A program made the position numbers and the translations under genes. The notes below the pieces were generated by a model that worked only from the letters and a program-made list of their open reading frames with translations, was not told the origin of the DNA and made no database searches. DNA of 26,259 nucleotides from a bacterium (lineage in GTDB: Bacteria > Zhuqueibacterota > Zhuqueibacteria > Oceanimicrobiales > Oceanimicrobiaceae): NCBI GenBank assembly GCA_046757165.1, contig JBHHXT010000054.1:1-26259 (forward strand), read 5' to 3'. Of this stretch, positions 19,581-26,259 are shown one piece after another. Within the stretch, counting starts at the first letter, position 1. Each line of letters begins with the position of its first letter.

Positions 19581-22500
19581 ATGTTCAAGACAACTCTGGC
19601 TGGCCTGACCGCTTTGGGTTTGCTGTGTCTCCCCTCAGATGGGCAAACTCAACCCTTCGGCAAGAACGGCGTGCAGTACACGAACTTCGAGTGGCATTAC
19701 CTGCAGTCGAAGCATTTTGATGTTTATTTCTATCCGGGCGGTGAGCAGGCGGCCGGTTTTGTGGCAGATGTGGCGGAATCCTCTTATGTGAGTCTGTCGC
19801 AGAGCTGGGATTACCTGCTTCAGGAACGAATCGTTATCATCCTGTACACTTCGCATAACGACTTCGAGCAAACCAACCTGAGCTTCGGGCTGCCAGAGGA
19901 GTCGGTCGGCGGCTTTACTGAATTCCACAAGAACCGCATCGTGATTCCTTATGACGGCTCGTATGAGCAGTTGCGCCACGTCACGCACCACGAGCTGACT
20001 CATGCGGTGCTGCTGCAAATGCTGTTTGGGACGGGGGCCTTTTCGATCATCAGCGGCATGTCGCGCGCCAATCTCGCTCTCTGGTTTGTGGAAGGACTGG
20101 CTGAGTATGAATCCCGGCACGGCTGGGACACCGAGTCTGACATGTTCATGCGGGATGCGACCCTCAATGGTTACTTGCCCCCTATTCATTATATATATGG
20201 GTTCATGGCTTACAAAGGGGGCCAGTCGATCTTTCATTACATCGCAGAGAGATATGGCGAGCCGAAGATAGAGGAGCTCCTCGCGCAAACACGGCGATAC
20301 AAGGATATCGATCAGGCGATTCTGAACTGCCTGGGCATGAGCATCGACGACTTGACAAGGGCGTGGCACAAGCACCTGCGGAAAAAGTACTGGCCTGAAG
20401 TGAAGGAACGCCAGGAGCCGGGAGAGTTTGCGCGCCAAATCACCTTCCACCGCAGAGAGCGAAATTTCATCAACAACAGCGGCGCCCTTTCGCCGCGGGG
20501 AGACAAGATTGCCTATCTGTCTGACAAATCCGGGTATTTCGACATCTACCTGGTTTCCGCCATCGATGGCCGGCAAATCACGAAACTGGTCGGCGGCCAG
20601 AGGTCCGGGCTGCTGGAGGAGCTGCATTGGCTGCGTCCGGGGATCACCTGGAGTCCGGATGGCCGCCAAATCGCCTTTGCTGCGAAGAGCAGAGAACAGG
20701 ACGCCCTGCACATTGTGGATGTGGAGGCGAAAAAGATCGTTGCCAGTTTCAAATTCGATCTGGATGGTGTCTTTGGCCCGGACTGGTCACCCGACGGAAA
20801 TGAAATCGCCTTTGTCGGCACGCAACAGAGCGCCTCGGATATTTACGTCTTTGATCTTCAGACCACGGCACTGAGAAAACTCACCTCCGACCTGTTCAGC
20901 GATCTGGAACCGCGCTGGTCCCCTGACGGCAAACAAATCGTGTTTATCTCGGACAGGAGCCATCATGTAAGCGCTCACGACCTGCCACGGGATTTCAAAG
21001 TTCAGAACACGGACTATCACCAGTTCGACCTCTACATCCTGAATGTGTCGAGCGGGCGCATCACCCGCATCACGGAAACGGAGTTCAATGAGAAATCGCC
21101 GGTTTGGTCGCCAGATGGCTCTCGGATTGCCTTTGTTTCAGACCGAAATGGAATCTTCAATATCTACGTGCAAGAGCTGGTGCGCACAGATCTGGTCCTT
21201 GCGGCTTTGAGCAACCCTGAGCGTCCGGATTCGACCCACGCGGACTTCGCGCAAGCGGCTTTCCAGCCCGAGGCCACCCCCGTCACCAATGTTGTGTCCG
21301 GCATCGACCATTTGTCATGGCAAGATGAGCGTCTCTTGTTCACCAGTTTTCATGATGGCGGTTTCGATGTCTATATGATAAACAAGCCGCTGCATACGAG
21401 ACCGGCTGAGATCGAGCTGACTGACACTGAATTCATCCGCCGGCGCAAAAGAGAACGTAACGCGACCGGGCCGGCCACGACTCCGCGGGACACCGCGAGC
21501 GCAGCCACGCGCACAAATGCCTTTAAGAATTTTGTGTTTGGCAAGGAGTTTAGAGACGGCCAGCCTGTTAGCGCCTTTGCCCCAAAACCTGCGCTTTTCT
21601 TGCGGCGTCAGGATTATCAAACCAGCACCGGCGATTACAAAAGTGACCAGTACAAGCCAAGATTTTCTGCGGATATCATCACCGCCAACGCCGGCTATGA
21701 TCCATTTTTTGGCCTGCAGGGCGTCACGCTGGTTTCCGTCAGTGACGTGCTGGGCAATCACCGCTTCAACCTGCTGACCGACTTGTTCTTCGATCTCAAA
21801 AACAGTGACTTTGCCTTCGGTTACCTGTACTTGCCGCGCCAGACCGATTACAGCATGGGCATCTATCAACGTAATTATCTGTTTCTCAGCCAGGGCCGCT
21901 TCCTGGTGCGCGACCGTAACATTGGCTTGAAGGTGCAGCTTGCGCGCCCATTTGACCGCTATAGTCGGCTCTCCTATGGTCTACACCTCAAATTCATCTT
22001 TCGCAAGGGGCTTATCGCTTTTGGGGAGAGCGGGGTCAAAGTTGACAATGACACCCGACGGGTTTTGCTTGCCAACATCGCCTACGTCAAGGACAACGTG
22101 CTCTGGGGCGCAACCGGTCCGCGGGCCGGAAGTCGCTACAAGGTCTCGATTGTTGCCAGTCCTGATCTGGGGGCAGGTGGACTCGACTTTCGCACCTATC
22201 GACTCGACTACAGAACTTATGTCAACTTTGCCAGGGACTATACCCTGGCTGTCCGCCTGGCCGGGGGGCTGAGCGTGGGCCGTCATGCTCAAAAGTTTTT
22301 CATCGGCGGCACGCCGAGCTGGGTGAATCGCAGATTCAGAAATGACGTGTTCCTCGATTTGACCAACGTTTACTTCTCGAACTTCGTTTCTCCACTGCGC
22401 GGATTTGATTATTACCAACGGGTGGGCTCGAAATTCTTCCTGGCGAACCTTGAGCTCAGAATTCCGTTTGTTAATTATGTGCACACCACCTGGCCGCTGC

Positions 22501-22748
22501 CCTTGCGGATCCGAAATATTCGGGGGGCCTTATTTGCGGATATGGGCAGCGCCTGGGAAAAAAACTTCGGGTTTTTCGCCAAACATAGCGGATCGAATGT
22601 AAGACTCGGCGACGTTTTGATGTCCTTTGGCTGGGGCGCCAGGGTGAACCTTGGCATCTTTCTTTTGAGATACGACATGGCGTGGCGCACAGACCTGGCG
22701 GGTGTGGCGGGCGCACGTCATCTATTTTCGCTCGGCGCTGATTTTTGA
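19581..22748 (+). CDS. Outer-membrane protein: peptidase MA-like (gluzincin) domain + PD40/TolB-like propeller + Omp85 (BamA/TamA-type) barrel
   Basis: Signal peptide; HELTH plus WFVEGLAEY; four WSPDG repeats plus LSPRG; C-terminal barrel with FFIGG, LRGF, NLELRIP, LFADMG and terminal LGADF. Confidence 0.87.
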   Translation: MFKTTLAGLTALGLLCLPSDGQTQPFGKNGVQYTNFEWHYLQSKHFDVYFYPGGEQAAGFVADVAESSYVSLSQSWDYLLQERIVIILYTSHNDFEQTNLSFGLPEESVGGFTEFHKNRIVIPYDGSYEQLRHVTHHELTHAVLLQMLFGTGAFSIISGMSRANLALWFVEGLAEYESRHGWDTESDMFMRDATLNGYLPPIHYIYGFMAYKGGQSIFHYIAERYGEPKIEELLAQTRRYKDIDQAILNCLGMSIDDLTRAWHKHLRKKYWPEVKERQEPGEFARQITFHRRERNFINNSGALSPRGDKIAYLSDKSGYFDIYLVSAIDGRQITKLVGGQRSGLLEELHWLRPGITWSPDGRQIAFAAKSREQDALHIVDVEAKKIVASFKFDLDGVFGPDWSPDGNEIAFVGTQQSASDIYVFDLQTTALRKLTSDLFSDLEPRWSPDGKQIVFISDRSHHVSAHDLPRDFKVQNTDYHQFDLYILNVSSGRITRITETEFNEKSPVWSPDGSRIAFVSDRNGIFNIYVQELVRTDLVLAALSNPERPDSTHADFAQAAFQPEATPVTNVVSGIDHLSWQDERLLFTSFHDGGFDVYMINKPLHTRPAEIELTDTEFIRRRKRERNATGPATTPRDTASAATRTNAFKNFVFGKEFRDGQPVSAFAPKPALFLRRQDYQTSTGDYKSDQYKPRFSADIITANAGYDPFFGLQGVTLVSVSDVLGNHRFNLLTDLFFDLKNSDFAFGYLYLPRQTDYSMGIYQRNYLFLSQGRFLVRDRNIGLKVQLARPFDRYSRLSYGLHLKFIFRKGLIAFGESGVKVDNDTRRVLLANIAYVKDNVLWGATGPRAGSRYKVSIVASPDLGAGGLDFRTYRLDYRTYVNFARDYTLAVRLAGGLSVGRHAQKFFIGGTPSWVNRRFRNDVFLDLTNVYFSNFVSPLRGFDYYQRVGSKFFLANLELRIPFVNYVHTTWPLPLRIRNIRGALFADMGSAWEKNFGFFAKHSGSNVRLGDVLMSFGWGARVNLGIFLLRYDMAWRTDLAGVAGARHLFSLGADF

Positions 22749-22830
22749 GCCGGCCGTTGTTGCGACAAGTCTTTAATAAACAAAAAGAGTCTCAACTTCG
22801 GCCAAAAAACCCTGCACCTCGATAAAGGGT

Positions 22831-22875
22831 TTGCTTTTTATGAATTTATGAACTATATTGAGCGTCAAATTTGAC
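22831..22875 (+). promoter_or_regulatory. Sigma70-type promoter with a downstream palindrome
   Basis: TTGCTT-N17-TATATT (22831-22859), then the perfect palindrome GTCAAATTTGAC (22864-22875). Confidence 0.55.
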
Positions 22876-22916
22876 CATGAACTGGTTTATGACCTTTTTG
22901 TTATAGGATTCAAACG

Positions 22917-23324
22917 ATGGACTCCAGTACGCTTCGGTCCCCAATTGAGGCGCTCACGCCTCCCAAACCCATCTGCGTTGCAAAAGGCACCTCGATGCGC
23001 GAAGTCGTCCAGATCATGAAAGATAATCATATTGGCTGCGTATGCGTCGTTGAGAATCGCAATCTTGTTGGCATCATGACTGAACGCGATGTTTTGACGA
23101 AAGTCATCGCTGCGAACCTCGATTTGCAACAAACGCTTGTGGAAGAGGTGATGACCGCGGATCCAGAGTATTTGTTTGTCGATGACCAGATTGCCTACGC
23201 CCTGAACCGGATGCATGTCGGCGGCTTTCGCCACGTGCCGCTGATCAATCTAAAGGGATCGCCGACGGGCGTGATTTCGGTTAGAGATATCCTGGGGTAC
23301 CTGGTTAAAAACATCGTCGGCTAG
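22917..23324 (+). CDS. Stand-alone CBS-pair protein
   Basis: IGCVCVV..LVGIMTERDV..VMTADP..GGFRHVPL..GVISVRDI. Confidence 0.9.
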   Translation: MDSSTLRSPIEALTPPKPICVAKGTSMREVVQIMKDNHIGCVCVVENRNLVGIMTERDVLTKVIAANLDLQQTLVEEVMTADPEYLFVDDQIAYALNRMHVGGFRHVPLINLKGSPTGVISVRDILGYLVKNIVG

Positions 23325-23525
23325 AGGGACTGCTCGGCCCGCCGGTGCCCAATGTGTGTCCGGAGTCCGGAGCGGATGGCGCAGCGGTGTTTGACCGTTC
23401 AACAAAGAGCAAAAGCAGCGGTTTTTCGGTCTGGCGTGGCTGGGAAGAAATGAATTCCGGGACGCCTCGCGGATGGAATCTTTCTCGGGGCAGTCAGGTT
23501 ATTCTAAGGAAAGGAGCGAACGGTA

Positions 23526-24068
23526 GTGCATGTAGACTTTGATCAGTTTGACGATGAGCTGCAGAGCATGAGGGAGCTGATGGATGAGGGGCATATCGCT
23601 TTGAGAGAAACAAACTTGCGTGTGACGATCGACTCTCTGAACTTGAAGAAAGCGGTTGTCGTCAACATCGGTACGACGATGCGCAAATGCATCGATACTA
23701 TGGCCGCGCGCCATTTTGGCTGTCTGTTGATTGTGGACGGCGATAAGCTCGTTGGGATTTTCACGGAACGGGACGCGCTGTTGCGGATTGCCGGACAGGG
23801 CTATGATTTGGAAAAAGAAAAAATAGATGAGTTTATGACCCGCGATCCAACCTCAATGAAGGTAAGCGATACGATTGAAAAGGCGCTGCGTTTGATGAAT
23901 GATGGCGGGTATCGGCATGTTGCGGTGGTCGACGACACCGGCCGTCCGGTTTCGGTGTTGTCGGTCAAGGATATCATCAGCTATATCATCGAGTTTTTCC
24001 CACAAGACGTGCTCAACCTCCCCCCGCATCCGATCCGGGTTGGGACGAGGCACAGGCATGGGGCCTAG
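23526..24068 (+). CDS. Stand-alone CBS-pair protein with acidic N-terminal extension
   Basis: FGCLLIV..LVGIFTERDA..FMTRDP..GGYRHVAV..LSVKDI. GTG start downstream of AAGGAG. Confidence 0.88.
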   Translation: MHVDFDQFDDELQSMRELMDEGHIALRETNLRVTIDSLNLKKAVVVNIGTTMRKCIDTMAARHFGCLLIVDGDKLVGIFTERDALLRIAGQGYDLEKEKIDEFMTRDPTSMKVSDTIEKALRLMNDGGYRHVAVVDDTGRPVSVLSVKDIISYIIEFFPQDVLNLPPHPIRVGTRHRHGA

Positions 24069-24146
24069 CTCGGCATGGGAAGGGTCTTGTCGGTTTTGCA
24101 TATCACTAAATGGTCGTTCAACAAAAGTTAAGGAGCGAAAAGAACA

Positions 24147-25979
24147 ATGAGTAAGCCTGTCGAGTCGCTCGAAGACGTCACCATTCGTTTTGCTGGTGAC
24201 TCGGGTGACGGGATGCAACTGGTTGGCGGAGAACTCGCCAACACCTCAGCACTGATTGGAAATGACATCGGAGTCCTACCTGACTTCCCGGCGGAGATTC
24301 GCGCACCTATGGGGACGCTTCCGGGCGTCAGCGGGTATCAGTTGCACATTAGCAGCCACGACATTCATACGCCGGGGGAGCGGTATGATGCGCTCATTGC
24401 CATGAATCCGGCCGCCTTGAAGATGAATGTGGAAAATCTCAAACCCAATGGGATTCTTATCGTTAATTCCGATTCATTCAAAAGCAGGAATCTGCAACTG
24501 GCGCACTACAGCGAGAATCCACTCGAGAATGGCTCATTGGATAAATACCAGCTGTTCGCAGTCGACATGACAGACCTGACCCGCAAGGCGTTGGCCGAGC
24601 TGAATCTTTCTGCCAAAGTCGTCGATCGCTGCAAGAATTTTTTTGCCCTCGGCATGGTGTTCTGGCTCTACAACCGCACCATGGACCATGCGATCAGCTT
24701 GATCAAGTCTAAATTCAAGAAACGTCAAGAGCTGGTAGAGGCGAATCTTCTGGCGCTGAAGGCGGGGTATTCCTACTGTGAGATGACGGAGCAATTCGCT
24801 GCCTCTTATGAAGTGAAGCCAGCCAAGCTCCCCCCGGGCAAATACCGCAACCTGACCGGGAATACAGCCGTCGCGCTCGGCGTGATTGCCGCTTCACAGA
24901 AGTCCGGATTGCCCTTGTTCTTAGGGAGCTATCCGATCACGCCTGCCAGTGACATTCTTCATGAACTGTCGAAATACAAAAATTTTGGCGTGCGCACCTT
25001 CCAGGCTGAAGATGAGATCGCAGCCGTCTGTGCCACCATCGGAGCGGCCTACTCTGGCGCGCTTGCTCTGACGACCACCAGTGGTCCGGGTTTGGCTTTG
25101 AAGTCTGAGGCCATCGGCCTGGCCGTAAGTGTGGAACTGCCGCTGATCATCTGCAATGTTCAGCGCGGAGGTCCAAGTACGGGTCTGCCGACCAAGACGG
25201 AGCAGGCGGATCTGATGCAGGCGCTTTATGGCCGCAATGGCGAGGCGCCCTTGCCGGTGATTGCGGCGTCACGTCCATCAGACTGCTTCGAGACTGTCTA
25301 CGAGGCATGCCGGCTGGCGGTCAAATACATGACACCGGTGATCTTCCTGTCCGATGGGTATCTCGCAAACGGCGCCGAGCCGTGGCCGGTCCCCAATGCC
25401 GAGACGCTGCCTGCGATACCGGTCTCCTTTGCCAAAGATCCGCAGAGCTTTGCGCCATTTTTGCGCGACGAGCAGACGCTGGCGCGGCCTTGGGCTGTTC
25501 CCGGTACGCCTGGATTGGAGCATAGAGTCGGGGGTCTGGAAAAGCAAGCCGACACCGGCAATGTCAGCTACGATTCCAGAAACCATGAGTACATGACCAA
25601 AATGCGAGCCCAAAAAATTGCCAACATTGCAGAGGAAATCCCACCGACCGAGATCGACGGGCCGTCCAAAGGTGAGTTGTTGGTTGTGGGCTGGGGCAGC
25701 ACCTGCGGCGCGATCAAGACCGCCGTTGAACGCAAACAGAGCGAAGGGAAATCCGTTTCGAGGATTCACATCCGGTATATGAATCCTCTGCCAAAAGATC
25801 TGGAAGGCATTCTGAAGCGTTTCAAAAAGGTGCTGGTGCCGGAAATCAACGCGGGGCAATTCGTCAACGTGCTCAGGGCGAAATACCTGCTGCCGGCGAT
25901 CAGCTTTAGCAAAGTACAAGGCTTGCCGTTCTTTTCTTCAGAAATCGAAGACAAAATCGATGAATTACTTGGAGCGTGA
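24147..25979 (+). CDS. korA: 2-oxoacid:ferredoxin oxidoreductase alpha subunit (fused gamma-alpha)
   Basis: FAGDSGDGMQL, FPAEIRAP.G, YPITPAS, QAEDEIAA, TTSGPG and QRGGPSTGLPTKTEQAD. AAGGAG RBS. Confidence 0.95.
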   Translation: MSKPVESLEDVTIRFAGDSGDGMQLVGGELANTSALIGNDIGVLPDFPAEIRAPMGTLPGVSGYQLHISSHDIHTPGERYDALIAMNPAALKMNVENLKPNGILIVNSDSFKSRNLQLAHYSENPLENGSLDKYQLFAVDMTDLTRKALAELNLSAKVVDRCKNFFALGMVFWLYNRTMDHAISLIKSKFKKRQELVEANLLALKAGYSYCEMTEQFAASYEVKPAKLPPGKYRNLTGNTAVALGVIAASQKSGLPLFLGSYPITPASDILHELSKYKNFGVRTFQAEDEIAAVCATIGAAYSGALALTTTSGPGLALKSEAIGLAVSVELPLIICNVQRGGPSTGLPTKTEQADLMQALYGRNGEAPLPVIAASRPSDCFETVYEACRLAVKYMTPVIFLSDGYLANGAEPWPVPNAETLPAIPVSFAKDPQSFAPFLRDEQTLARPWAVPGTPGLEHRVGGLEKQADTGNVSYDSRNHEYMTKMRAQKIANIAEEIPPTEIDGPSKGELLVVGWGSTCGAIKTAVERKQSEGKSVSRIHIRYMNPLPKDLEGILKRFKKVLVPEINAGQFVNVLRAKYLLPAISFSKVQGLPFFSSEIEDKIDELLGA

Positions 25980-25981
25980 TA

Positions 25982-26259
<278 letters not shown>

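Noticed and set aside
22838..22856. Rex operator upstream of the CBS-kor operon
   Set aside because: Only one half (TTATGAA) resembles TTGTGAA-N4-TTCACAA; the second half matches poorly.

Overview
GC-rich bacterial chromosomal region. The Bacteroidota-like TrmB, the bTHX gene and the PD40-Omp85 protein hint at an FCB-group or related lineage (inference only). From 228 to 10319 the genes are on the minus strand: LOG-family nucleosidase, nucleoside phosphorylase, NTF2-like lipoprotein, BNR/Ycf48-like protein, a small membrane protein, a kinase-M23-class III PLP enzyme fusion, glnS, and the small ribosomal protein bTHX. Next come trmB, a membrane protein, and a DUF433/DUF5615 toxin-antitoxin pair enclosed by a ~250 bp direct repeat of the 3' end of the neighbouring gene. 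These are followed by an ECF sigma/anti-sigma operon with two LTxxQ (Spy/CpxP-like) proteins, thrC, a geranylgeranyl-reductase-like flavoprotein, a gluzincin-PD40-Omp85 fusion, two CBS proteins and korA/korB (korB truncated by the window end). Intergenic spacers hold many non-autonomous elements (MITE-like elements with terminal inverted repeats, nested REP-like hairpins, short-period repeats). No transposase, CRISPR array, rRNA or tRNA was recognised. Most notable: (1) a GGGAATA-N17-GTCTAAC promoter shared by the ECF sigma gene and a Spy-like target gene; (2) a POTRA-less Omp85 carrying a zinc-protease domain; (3) the repeat-bracketed TA cassette; (4) nested MITEs. No wholly new system can be proven from sequence alone.
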